The notes under the pieces were generated by a model that was not told the DNA's origin, searched no databases, and worked only from the letters and a program-made list of their open reading frames with translations. From Eledone cirrhosa (lineage: Eukaryota), in the NCBI GenBank assembly GCA_964016885.1, contig OZ024750.1, positions 10,230,001 to 10,294,000 of the forward strand: 64,000 nt of DNA, written 5' to 3'. Both the position numbers and the translations under genes were made by a program. Positions 45,089-58,600 of this stretch are shown piece after piece; within the stretch, counting starts at the first letter, position 1, and each line of letters begins with the position of its first letter.

Positions 45089-45316
45089 AGTTTTAATATA
45101 GATGAGATTCTACAGGACTAGAACTGTTTCATTCTTTAGAAATCATCAGGAATCTGGATATCCAAAAATAAAAGTGGATACCCAGATTCCTGATGATTTC
45201 TAAAGAATGAAACAGTTCTAGTCCTGTAGAATCTCATCTATATTAAAACTTTTACACTCTGCTATATATTGAGTACCTTACTTACTGTGGTTACCTCCAA
45301 TTGAACCTGGAATAAC

Positions 45317-45320
<4 letters not shown>
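45089..45320. mobile_element. palindromic Penelope-like pLTR remnant between (TA)n tracts
   Basis: 76-bp inverted arms (45089-45164/45175-45250), hammerhead core, one-sided tail. Confidence 0.65.
45184..45234 (+). ncRNA. type I hammerhead ribozyme (mirror copy on minus strand at 45105-45155)
   Basis: stem I AGATTC/GAATCT; core CTGATGA; stem II TTCT/AGAA; GAAA; stem III ACAG/CTGT; GTA cleavage triplet ending 45228. Confidence 0.8.
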
Positions 45321-45357
<37 letters not shown>

Positions 45358-45689
45358 GACAGGGAGGAAGAAAAAATGGCTTCACTTGTGCTTTCAACAA
45401 ATTTATTTTCTTCACAAAATCCAAAAAGAATTTTTCTTAAAAAAAATTATTTTATAAATTAAGTTGTTGGTTGTTGGTTAGGTCTTAGGAGTTCTTGGTT
45501 AACGTAGGAGGTATTGTTTCGTTTTTAGAAAGACCTTTCACGCTGAGGTGCGCTTGTCAAACTGATGTGTATGTGGTGTGTTGTTCTATATATAGGGATT
45601 TAACATGTCTGTGGTGTGGTAGGGGTTTCTTTTCTCCCCCTTTAATAATGGCCTCAGCCGGATGAATGGCTGGAACAGGTAAAAGAGTA

Positions 45690-46270
45690 TATATATAGTA
45701 TGTTAATAAGCAACGCTATATAAATATGTTTATATACAACACTATATATATATATATATACTATGTTTATAAGCAACAATATATATATATGCTATGTTTA
45801 TAAGCAACAATATATATATATATATATACACAATATATATATATATACACAACACTATATATATATATACTATGTTTATAAGAAACAATATATATATATA
45901 TATACACAACACTATATATATATATACTATGTTTATAAGAAACAATATATATATATACACAACACTATATATATATATACTATGTTTATAAACAACAATA
46001 TATATATATATACACAACGCTATATATATATACTATATTTATAAGCAACAATATATATATATGAGTTTATACAGAACACTATATATATAGATATACTATA
46101 TTTATAAGCAACACTATATATATGTTTATATGCAACTCTCTCTCTATATATATACTATGTTTATATATCTTTATAAGCAACACTATATATATATATATAT
46201 ACACAGTACTATATATATATATATATACTATGTTTATATATGTTTATATGCAACACTATAAATATGTTCA
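45690..46270. repeat. compound AT-rich tandem repeat
   Basis: recurring CTATGTTTATAAGCAACAA(TA)n and CACAACAC(TA)n units. Confidence 0.85.
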
Positions 46271-46678
46271 TATGCATGTTTATTATACATCAATATATTG
46301 TGCATGAATCCATATACACCTTTATATTAAAAATAAAATATAAAAATAATGCCTTTTTCTTTCTTTATATGTGTTTTATAAATGTGTTATGAACATTTCC
46401 TTGCAAGCAGGGAAAAGGGGACGTAAAATTATGATGATGATGATGATGATGATGAATAGTATGGGCCAATATCACACACATGCACACATACGTGCGAGTA
46501 TTATTTCTGTGTATGTGTGTTATATCGAGTTTGTGTCTAACGTCACGCGTTAAGAATTGCAGCAAAAGAACTCGCTCTGACTTATTCAATTGTTATATAA
46601 AGTGTATAATATATAGAATATCTAATGTATAATCTATAGTATATCTAATGTATAATATGTAGAATATCTAGTGTATAA

Positions 46679-47279
46679 TCTATATATGTAAAACCGAGGA
46701 TGTCTGTGTGTGTCTGGGAGTTTGAATCCCTAAAACTCGAGAAGTACCCAACCGATTTTTTTCAAATTTTACATGTGTATTACTTATGTTTCAGGGAGTG
46801 ATATGCCGGCATTAGGTGAAAAACTGCGTTTTTTCAGCTTTTTAGGGTTTTTTTGAGACGTTACGTCAGACCGATTTCCTTGAAATTGTAACTATGTATT
46901 AGTCAGTCTCTTCTTCATACCGTGAGCAAAGAAAATCCAACTTTTTTTATGGCTTAGGGCCCGCATTAGGTGAAAAACTTTTTTCAGCTTTTTAGGGCTT
47001 TTTTAAGGCATTACGTCTAGCCGATTTTCCCGAAATTTCAAGGCATATTATGCACATTAAAAAAATTCATTTTCTTGATCCCCCTAGGGCCTGCATTAGG
47101 TGAAAACCTGCATTTTTCCTGCTTCATCGAGGAAAATCTTAAAGATTATCCAGCCATCAGAGTATTCGGTTTATTTTCTTTATATATTGTCCAGGCATGC
47201 AGTTTTTCCACGATTAGGTCTGTTGGCGGCCCGTGTTCCAAAATACCTTATCCCGTGCAATGCCGGGTACCACTGCTAG
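46679..47279 (+). mobile_element. non-autonomous Helitron
   Basis: 5' TC, 3' CTAG preceded by CCCG..CGGG hairpin, inserted between A and T, internal subrepeats. Confidence 0.75.
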
Positions 47280-48006
47280 TATATAATATATCTGGTGTAT
47301 AATATATCCAGTGTATGATATATATTATATTTAATGTATACTATATATTATACATTAATTTTAATAAACATTATACATACTATATATTATATGCTAGATA
47401 TACTATATATTATACAGTGTATAATATATACGTATTATACATTAGATATAATATATATATCATACATAATATATAGTATATTTCGTGTATACTATATATT
47501 ATACACTAGAAACACATATAATATACACTAAATATACTATATATTATACACTGTATAATATACAGTATATATAATATATAATATATCTAGTGTATAATAT
47601 ATAATATTATATCTAATGTATAATATATAGTATATTTAGTGTATAATGTATATTAAGTTTAATATATAATATATAGTATATCTAGTATATGTAATATATC
47701 TAGTGTATAATATATAGTATATAATAAATAGTATATATAATGTATAAGATATATCTGGAGTATAATAAATAGCATATCTGGTATAATATATAGTATATGT
47801 AGTATATATAGTGTATTTGGTGTATAATAAGTATATCTAATATATAATATATATCTAATGTATAATATATATTATATCTGGTGTATAATATATAATATTT
47901 CTAATGTACAATATATTTAGTATATAATACATATATTATATCTAATGTATATATAGTATATTTAATGTATAATATATATTATACACTAGAAACACTATAT
48001 ATTAAA

Positions 48007-48131
48007 TAATTGTTTCTACTTTAGGCACAAGGCCAGCAATTATCCAGTGCATTACTGGTACTTTATTTTATCGACCCCGTAAGGATGAAAGGCAAAGTCA
48101 ACCTCGGCGGGATTTGAACTCAGATCGTAAC
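48007..48131 (-). mobile_element. SINE partial copy (another at 49088-49197)
   Basis: reverse complement of the family 3' half. Confidence 0.75.
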
Positions 48132-50094
48132 ACTAAATATACTATATATTATCCCCCAGGTATATTATATTTTATACATTAGATATACTATATATCATAC
48201 ACTGGATATATTATAGCTAATGTATAAATATACATTATATCTAGTCTATAATATATATTATATATAATATATAGTATATTTATAGTGTATAATATATAAT
48301 ATATCTACTGTATGATATATATATCTGGTGTATAATATATATATTATATTTAACCCTTTAATGTTCAAACCGGCCAAATTTCTCTTTCTGTTGAAACTGG
48401 CTGTAACTGGTCACTCATACTGATGTTAAGGTATTGTTCTAAAAATAAATACTTTCAAAATCTCATAGATTCGATATTATGTGAGATAATTATGTGATGT
48501 AAAGCCTTTATCAGGAAAATATAATAATATATAGAGAGTAATGTGAATGCTAAAGGGTAATGTATAATATATAGTATATATAGTGAACACTATATATTAT
48601 ATAATATACACTAAATATACTATATATTATGCTCCAGATATACTATATTTTATACATTAGATATATATTATACACTAGGTATACTCCATACTATACATTA
48701 ATTTTGATATACATATTATATATTATATATACTATATATTATACATTAAATTTAATATACATACTTATTATACACTAGATATACTATATATTGTGTATAA
48801 TTTATAGTATATCTAATGTATAATAAATAGTATATATAACGTAGAACATGTAGTATATCTGGAGTATAATAAATAGTATATCTGGTATAATATATAGTAT
48901 ACCTGAATTATAATATATAGTATATGTGGTGTATTGTATATAGTATATTTAATGTAAAATATATAATATACTATATATTGAATGTTTAATATATAGTATA
49001 TCTGGTGTATTGTATATATAGTGTCTAATATATATTATATCTAATGTATAATATATAGTATACAGTAGAAACACTATATATTATATAATTGTTTCTACGT
49101 TAGGAACAAGGCCAGCAATTACCCAGTACATTACTGGTACTTTATTTTATCGACCCCATAAGGATGAAAGGCAAGTTAACCTCGGCGGGATTTGAATTAT
49201 ACACTAAATATACTATATATGATACATTACATATACTATATATTATACATTAGCTATACTATATATTATATACTGGATATATTAGATATACTATATAATA
49301 TATAGTATATCTGGTATATAATATATATTATAGCTAATGTATAATATCTAATGTATAATATATAGTATATCTAGTATATATAATATGTAATATATCTAGT
49401 GTATAACATATAGTATATATAATATATCTAGTGTATAATATATATTATATCTAATATTTAATATATATTATATCTGGTGTATAATATATAGTATATTTAG
49501 TTCATGATATATAGTGTCTAATATATATTATATCTTATGTATAATATATATTATACACTAGAAACACTATATATTATATAATATACACTAAATATACTAT
49601 ATATTATACATTACATATACTATATATTGTACACTAAATATATTAGATATACTATATATTATACAGTGTATAATATAAGCTAATGTATAATATATATAGT
49701 GTATTTAATGTTAAATATACAGTATATCTGGTGTATAATATATATTATGTCTTATATATAATATATAGTATATTTAATGTATAATAAATAGTATATATAA
49801 TGTATAATATATAGTAATCTGAAATGTAATATATAGTATACGTAGTGTACAACATATAGTGTATCTGGTGTATAATATATAGTATATCTAGTGTATAATA
49901 TATACTATATTTAATATATAGTATATCTGGTGCATAGTATATAGTATATACAGTATATCTAATATATAGTATATCTAATGTATAATATATAGTATATCTG
50001 GTATATAATGTACTATATATCATACATTAGATACACTATACATTTAATATATAGTATATATATAGTGTATAATATATAATATGTCTACTGCATA

Positions 50095-50272
50095 TTGGCA
50101 GTATCGGTAGAGGGTCGGACACCATGCTTTGACGCAGAGAGTTACGGCCCTTGCCATTCTGAGTTCGAATCCCGCCAAGGTTAACTTTGCCTTTCATCCT
50201 TATGGGGTCGATAAAATAAAGTACCAGTAATATACTGGGTAATTGCTGGCATTGTGCCAAAAGTAGAAACAA
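50095..50272 (+). mobile_element. same SINE family
   Basis: A/B boxes and central domain. Confidence 0.8.
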
Positions 50273-50555
50273 ATATGTAATATATCTAGTCTATAATATA
50301 TAGTATCCTCTTTTTATATTTTTCTTTTATCTCTATTATTCATTTATATTTGTATATATTATATGTGTTTGTGTTTTCGTTCTGTAAGCATTATATTATT
50401 ATATTTTAATATAATTGGAAATAAAAGTCATTTATATACAAAAAAAATTCATTCTATATGTAGTATATAAATACTTCTTAGAGAATGAAAATACAACGTA
50501 TATAATATGTACAATTAATTATTGCTAGGAACCTTATAAATACATAAAAATATAT

Positions 50556-50859
50556 AATTGTTTCTATTTTTGGCACAAGGCCAGCAATTACCCAGTGCAT
50601 CACTGGTACTTTATTTTATCGACCCCATAAGGATGAAAGGCAAAGTTAACCTAAAAGTTAACCTAAAAATATATAATTGTTTCTACTTTAGGCACAAGGC
50701 CAGCAAATTACCCAGTGCATTACTGGTACTTTATTTTATCGACCCCGTAAGGATGAAAGGCAAAGTCAACCTCGGCGGGATTTGAACTCAGATCATAAAG
50801 GGACGTAACTATGCTGGAAAGCATGGCGTCCGACCCTCTACCGATACTGCCAATCCACC
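50556..50859 (-). mobile_element. SINE copy (50676-50859) plus tandem partial duplicate (50556-50651)
   Basis: reverse complement of the family consensus. Confidence 0.8.
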
Positions 50860-51487
50860 AACCTAAAAATATATAATGAAAGTGATTGAAGAAAAAAGTG
50901 CCAATTAGTCTCACACCACACAACTTTAATTTTGTCATCATCAATTTTAATTTTGTCATAGTCAACTTTAATTTCATCATCGCCAACTTCAACTACCAGA
51001 CGAATAAGCAACTTTGGGGGAATATGGAGCAATGGGTGACACCTGTAGCTCCCAAGAAAACTCTCATAGTCCAGTGATGTAGCAAGGATGAAGCAAATAA
51101 AGGCTGTCTCTCAAAATAGCTTAGTTTCACGGGTTTGAGAAAGTACCAGATTGGTGACTGGCGTGAATAGGACCACCAAAACTACAATATGGTAAGAGGT
51201 ATGAAAAAGAACCATATCGCATCACCCTTTATGCGGGTTAACAAGGGCCACATTCAGGCCTTAGGTAGAGGGGCTTGTTCGAAAAATATATTGCAGTCTG
51301 CATTTCTTGCCACACAAACTAGCGATGGACCTGTGACTTGTCTGGGGAGATGTAGGATTGACGCACAAATATTGCGTATCCTGAGACCCTAAAGAGGCCT
51401 CAGAATGGAGCAAACCATGACAATAATACTTATACATCTGAAATAGATATTAAAAATAATTAAATAAATGAGAAAGTAGAAAAAATA

Positions 51488-51493
51488 TTTATT
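51488..51493 (-). terminator. candidate polyadenylation signal of amine oxidase
   Basis: AATAAA on minus strand ~110 nt after stop. Confidence 0.5.
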
Positions 51494-51602
51494 AGTGAAG
51501 AAATAGAATTTACATTTTTGAATAAATATTTTAGTAAATAATAAGGAATATAAAAATGAACTACTTTGTGCAGAGTTTAAATAACGACCTCGGTGGAATT
51601 AA

Positions 51603-51794
51603 CTAATGTCTAAATTTTGTAGCTAACTTCCAGGCAGCTAAACCAGCAGTTAGACCTATTCCAACACCAACAACTTTGTTGGTCCATGAAAACTTCTTCT
51701 TTCGTTGTTTAGTCTTAAAGATACTATCATCTCTGAAAACTGTGTCTTCCAGTAATTTAGGATCCACAAGAGATGGATCTTCTAAAAACAGAGT
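51603..51794 (-). CDS. amine oxidase last coding exon: TLFLEDP...[23 protein letters not shown]
   Basis: CCAG acceptor, TAG stop at 51605-51603; hydrophobic helix flanked by basic residues. Confidence 0.85.
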   Translation of the reverse strand, partial: TLFLEDPSLVDPKLLEDTVFRDDSIFKTKQRKKKFSWTNKVVGVGIGLTAGLAAWKLATKFRH

Positions 51795-54700
51795 CTGGAA
51801 ATAAAAAAAAAGAAGAAAAAATTAGTGAGAAACAAAAACATGATAAAAGAATATTTCATATTTCTCTGAATTTCTAAGATGAGGAATTATTATTATTATT
51901 ATTATTAATATAAGGGCGGTGGATTGGCAGTATCGGTAGAGGGTCGGAAGCCATGCTTTGCAGCAAAGAGTTACGGCCCTTTATGGTCTGAGTTCAAATC
52001 CCGCCGAGGTTAACTTTGCCTTTCATCCTTACGGGGTCGATAAAATAAAGTACCGGTCACGCACTGGGGTCAATTTAATCGACTTTCCTTTCCCTCAAAA
52101 TTGCTGGCCTTGTGCCTATATAAGAAACCATTATTATTATTATACACTGAATTGAAAGTGGTGGATTGGGAGTAAGATCGGTAGAGCATCAAAGAACATG
52201 CTTTGCATCATATAGTTACGTCCCTTTATGTTCCGAGTACAAAAGCTGAGGTTAGCTTTACCATTCATCTTTGTGGTGTTTATAACATGCAGTAACATGC
52301 AGTAATGCACTGGGGGTGAATATTAATTAAATAGAAAGCTATTAACTATAAGTTAATAATATGAAATGTTTGAAAGTTTACCTCTGTTGCAGCTCTTTGT
52401 CCAGCTTGTATGGCACCACTCATATAACCACAGCATTGAGTCGCTGTTTCAGTTCCAGCAAATAACAGTCTTTAGCAAAAAACAACATAACTTATTAGAA
52501 TATATAGTAGACAAATGTATATTAGTTAGTATATATAGTAGACAAATGTATATTAGTTAGTATATATAGTAAACAAATGTATATTAGTTAGTATATATAG
52601 TAGACAAATGTATATTAGTTAGTATATATAGTAGACAAATGTATATTAGTTAGTATATATAGTAGACAAATGTATATTAGTTAGTATATATAGTAGACAA
52701 ATGTATATTAGTTGGTATATATAGTAGACAAATGTATATTAGTTAGTATATATAGTAGACAAATGTATATTAGTTAGTATATATAGTAGACAAATGTATA
52801 TTAGTTAGTATATATAGTAGACAAATGTATATTAGTTAGTATATATAGTAGACAAATGTATATTAGTTAGTATATATAGTAGACAAATGTATATTAGTTA
52901 GTATATATAGTAAACAAATGTATATTATGGTATATTAGTATATATGATAGACAAATGTATATTATGGTGTATTAATTAGTATATATGATAGACAAATGTA
53001 TATTAGTTAGTATATATAGTAGACAAATGTATATTATGGTATATTAGTTAGTATATATGGTAGACAAATGAATATTATGGTGTAGGAATAGTAAATTGGT
53101 AGCAATAATGGTACAATATTTAGCTTTCAATACCCCACCACACACACATACATATATACATACACACATGACAGGCTTTTTACAGTTTTCTTGTACAAAA
53201 TTCACTTACAAGACATTAGTCTGGCTTGGAGCTATAGTAGAAGACATATGTTTTTATGTGGTACTGTATATGCCAGAACTTCACCCAGCTTACGGTATAA
53301 AGATTTTAGTAATTTTGACTATAAATGAAACAATTTTTAGTTATTTTATACCAAATTCATATCATGTTAGTTATTTACCGAAGGTATGGTTTCCTCATAT
53401 TTGGAAAATATTTTGTTCCACCTGGAACAATCATGCTTGTAGGGCTTCCTAAAACATAAGGCTCCTGCGCCCAGTCCATGCTTGCAACACTAATAAAATC
53501 ATTCACTTCAGAACCGAGGAATTTCTCAAGACACTCAAGAACAGCTTTTACAAAAATTGGTTCCTGGAAATAAAAGAAATAAAAAAAATAATAAATTATG
53601 GTTAGGATCATCAGAGAAAACCAACACAATGCAAGTTAGAAATACAGGAGCAAGACAAACGAAACAACAGTTTATAGTTATGTTTCATGATACCCCAGAG
53701 TTAGGACCAGTAGTGTGCAGAAAGGGTGGTGGAATATATGACAGCCCCAGACATTCACATCAGGGCAGGTGTGGTTGGGACATTCAACCAAAGTGTCATG
53801 CAGGGTTCTCCATTCAATATAGTTACTGAGCACAATACCCATGTAGATTTCTCAAGCACCTATCCAAAATCTCTACCTAGTTTTCCACCCATATCAAAAA
53901 GCTGAGAAATCTTATGTTTCTGCTCAGACAAACTTAGGAGGCAATGATGTGCATCCTTGTTCACGGGACCTATTTTAAACCAGATACACACAGTCAAGTG
54001 TAACGTACTATAGAAAAATATTTGCTAATCTTCATCTAGAAAACTGATAACAAAGAATTGTGCTTTGTCCTTACTTCGACTTGGCGCCACTGAACCATCT
54101 GGTCACCACCAACAAAGGCCAGAAGTGCAGGAATTGGAGGTGACAACGAGGAACAGTCGTATACAATACACACAGGACCCAAACTTGTGACTATTTCTCC
54201 AGAGAATTTCTTTTTTCTCCAAAATGCCTGCAAAGAGAATAAAGAAACAGAAAAATATATTGTAGCAACTTTTTCTTTATACAGAAGATTGTGTGTGTGT
54301 ATGTATAAATATACATAGTAATAGTGTGTGTGTGTATAAATATACATAGTAATAGTGTGTGTGTGTATAAATATACATAGTAATAGTGTGTGTATGTATA
54401 AATATACATAGTAATAGTGTGTGTGTGTATAAATATACATAGTAATAGTGTGTGTGTGTATAAATATACATAGTAATAGTGTGTGTATGTATAAATATAC
54501 ATAGTAATAGTGTGTGTGTGTGTATAAATATACATAGTAATAGTGTGTGTGTATAAATATAGATAGTAATAGTGTGTGTGTGTATAAATATAGATAGCAA
54601 TAGTGTGTGTGTGTATAAATATAGATAGCAATAGTGTGTGTGAGAGAGAGAGAGAGAGAGAGAGGACAGACAGAAGAATCTGGACACCAGATCAGAATAC

Positions 54701-54929
54701 TTAAACAAAGCTGATTATGTTTAAAGTCACATGGAGGCTAGATAGTAAGAATAAATCCGGCAGTGGATTAAATCTATCAGCCAAGAAGAGGCAGAGTCCA
54801 TCTGAGAAAGTTCTGTCATTTCTATCTGCCCAATGTCACCACTGTAGCCACATGGAGCCACATGATTGTGAAGTGAACTTCTTAAACACATGGCCATAAC
54901 AATTATCCAATTGTGTTGCTTCATGATAA

Positions 54930-54982
<53 letters not shown>

Positions 54983-55147
54983 TATATATATATAAGTATG
55001 TATGTATACGTACACACATATATGTATACAGACGTACAGTAGCATGCACAGGCTGTTCAGTTTGTTTACAAACGAACAAAGCGGCGTTATAATAAGCGTC
55101 CGCTAAACTGATGCGTGCATATATGTATGTGTACCTGTATGTATATA

Positions 55148-55182
<35 letters not shown>

Positions 55183-55310
55183 GTGTGTATATATGTGCAT
55201 GCTACTGTACGTCTGTATACATATATGTGTGTACGTATACATACATACTTACATTTAAGTAAGTGCCATACTAAGAGTGAGAAATGAAATTTCGTTTTCA
55301 TTTTTTTCAA

Positions 55311-55370
<60 letters not shown>

Positions 55371-55602
55371 CATATCATCATTATCATATCATCATTGTTC
55401 AACGTCTATCTTCCATGCGAGCATGGGTTAGACGGGTTTGTCCCATATGAGGCAAATTGGGTCGGGTGACCGTGTCTCTCTCATATAGGACTGTTTCTGG
55501 CTGGATGCCCTTCCTAATGCCAACCACATTTACAGTGTGTCCACATTTACATATAATAATGAATATAACTGAATTTGTAGCTACACTATAGCAAGTATTC
55601 AT

Positions 55603-55639
<37 letters not shown>

Positions 55640-58600
55640 GGACATGTGGTGCGCATGGAGGATGACCGCTGGGTAAAGAAGTACCAAGAAATCCCAGTGG
55701 AAGGAAGATGCAATAGGGGAAGACCATGAAAATCATGGGCAGAGGTGGTGAGAGCTGACCTCAGATCGCTGAAGCTCACAGAGGAGATGACGAAGGACCA
55801 TGATGAATGGAGAGATGCTGTGCTGAATAGGACCTGTCCCACCCTTGCAAGCAGGGAAAAGCGGACGTAAAATGATGATGATGAATATACATTATATTGA
55901 TATATAAATGTATTGGTTACAGACAAATGTGATATCATTTGACTATTTCACAGAAATACTAACCTCCTTATATGTGAATATCACTTTAGTTAAATTACCA
56001 GGCTGCATATATTTAATAAGTTCTCGTTTTTCTGAAGGCAAGTTAGGTATAAAGTTGATATAACCTGCAACAATAAAAAAAGGCAAACAGTTAATTACAA
56101 ATATAGGACAAAATAGAAAAGTTTGTTATGAGGCATACAACCCTACTTTAGCAATAAAGGAGACCCTAAAACATTTGTTATTGCTGTAGAAATATAAAAA
56201 TCATAATAGTAACTGTATTATACTAGCAATAGTAGTAATATAGTGGCCGGTGGATTGGAAGTATAAGTAGTAATTGGTAGAGCGTTGGACAACATGTTTT
56301 GCAACCTATAGCTATGGCCCTTTACATTCTGAGTCTAAATCCTGCCGAAGTGAGCTTTGACTTTCATCCTTATGGGATCGATAAAATAAAGTACCAGTAA
56401 TGCACTGGGGTTGATTTAATCGATGTTCTCCTCCCTCAAAAGTGTTGGCCTTGTGCCTAAATCAAACCAATATTACTAATATAGTAATACTATGGATGCA
56501 ATGATGGTATATTAGCAATGTTATTAGTGTGGTAATAATATGAGTAGTAAAACTTTTAATCTTGTTCCACATGAAACCATATGACCTAATGTAAGGGAGA
56601 AAACTTTAACCACTTATAAGCTGGTACCACGATGAAAAGCACCTAGTCCACCTTCTAAGGTGGTAGTGCTGGTGCCACGATGAAAAACACCCAGTCCACC
56701 CTGTAAGTTGGTAATGCTGGTGCCATGATGTAAAACATGCAGCCCACCATGTAAGGAGATAATGCTGGTGCCACGATGAAAAACACTCAGCCCACCCTGT
56801 AAGGAGGTAATGCTGGTGCCACGATGAAAAACACCCAGTCCACCCTGTAAGGAGGTAATGCTGGTGCCACGATGAAAAACACCCAGTCCTCCATGTAAGG
56901 TGGTAATGCTGGTGCCACGATGAAAAACACTCAGCCCACCCTGTAAGGAGGTAATGCTGGTGCCACGATGAAAAACACCCAGTCCTCCATGTAAGGTGGT
57001 AATGCTGGTGCCACGATGAAAAACACCCAGTCCCCCATGTAAGGAGGTAATGCTGGTGCCACGATGAAAAACACCCAGTCCCCCATGTAAGGAGGTAATG
57101 CTGGTGCCACGATGAAAAACACCCAGTCCACCATGTAAGGTGGTAATGCTGGTGCCACGATGAAAAACACCCAGTCCACCATGTGGTAAGGTGGTAATGC
57201 TGGTGCTATAATAAAAAACACTCAATATGAATTTAAAAAAAAATTAATAATATTAAAGAACTCACCCAGCATATTAGGAGGAATTGCTAATATACAGTAT
57301 TTGCATTTATAAACCACTTCTTTATTGCTAGAGTCCTTCTTTTCAGCATATACAACAACATGGTTACTATTCTGGAAAATATAGATGTTAGGGAGATCTA
57401 TAGGAAATACAGATGTTAGCAAGATCTATAGGAAATACAGATGTTAGGGAGATCTATAGGAAATACAGATGTTAGGGAGATCTATAGGAAATACAGATGT
57501 TAGCAAGATCTATAGGAAATACAGATGTTAGCAAGATCTATAGGAAATATAGATGTTAGGGAGATCTATAGGAAATACAGATGTTAGCAAGATCTATAGG
57601 AAATACAGATGTTAGCAAGATCTATAGGAAATACAGATGTTAGCAAGATCTATAGGAAATACAGATGTTAGAGAGATTTATAGGAAATATTTCTTATTAG
57701 GGTATACAACAAATACAGGTTCAAATATAGGATTTCTGCTGAATATAGTCTATTTTCTTTACTGTTTAGTGAAAAAGGGAAGAGCAATGCTTATGGTCAT
57801 TTTCAGAGACTCTCAGAGGGAAGAAGAAAGAAGAACAACATCAAGCCTTTTAAGACAATCTTCTTATCTAAAGCAGGAGGTTAGCCTTATAAGGTCCATG
57901 TGGCACAGGAGTAATTGATAGTAAGAACACCAATGAAATAGATTGTTTCCAATCTGGGAAGGTACCATAGAGGTTGTTGATAACTTCTACTACTTAATTA
58001 ACTTAATTAGCCATGATTAGAACTGATCTCAAAACACTGAACCTTACAGTGGAGATGATGAAGGAATGCAATGAGTGAAAACTGGTTGTGCTGGAGACAA
58101 CCTATCAAACCCATGCAAAGATAGAAAAGTAGATGTATGATGATGTTGATGTTGATGTTGATGATGATGATGTTGATATAGTAATGATGACAATAGCAGT
58201 TAGTAGAGATGAAGAGGTTGACAAACCTGCTCAACTTTAGTGACAGCACATTTCATTTCAATGACATTGTTGTTATTATTTTTAATGTTTTCCACAAGTT
58301 TATCAACCAATGCTCCAGTTCCACCCTAAAATAAAACAAACAATTGTCAACATTGTAACAAGGGTTGTCAAGGGTTGTCAAGGGTTGACAAGGATTGACA
58401 AGAATTGACAAGGGAGCTGTCTACTGTAAATACTGTTTACTATTACGGAAGAAAAACAAAATGAATATATAACAACAGTGATTTCATGTGACTATGGAGT
58501 AGGTTAATGGCTGGGTGGGTGGGTAGATGGATGAATAGGTAGATGGACATGTATGGGGTAGGTGGGCATATGGATGGATAGGTGGGTAGGTGTTTAGATG

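Larger units (their letters stand above)
46600..50305. repeat. degenerate AT-rich tandem repeat (~TATAATATATAGTATATCTAGTG) in both orientations with nested Helitron, MITE and SINEs
   Basis: direct reading. Confidence 0.8.

Noticed and set aside
45510-45570. Hammerhead-like TTGACAA-GCGC..GCGT-GAAA on the minus strand
   Set aside because: Two core substitutions and no stem I; not supportable
56614-57225. 203-aa repeat protein ORF on the minus strand
   Set aside because: 48-bp minisatellite inside an intron; flanking exons splice in frame without it
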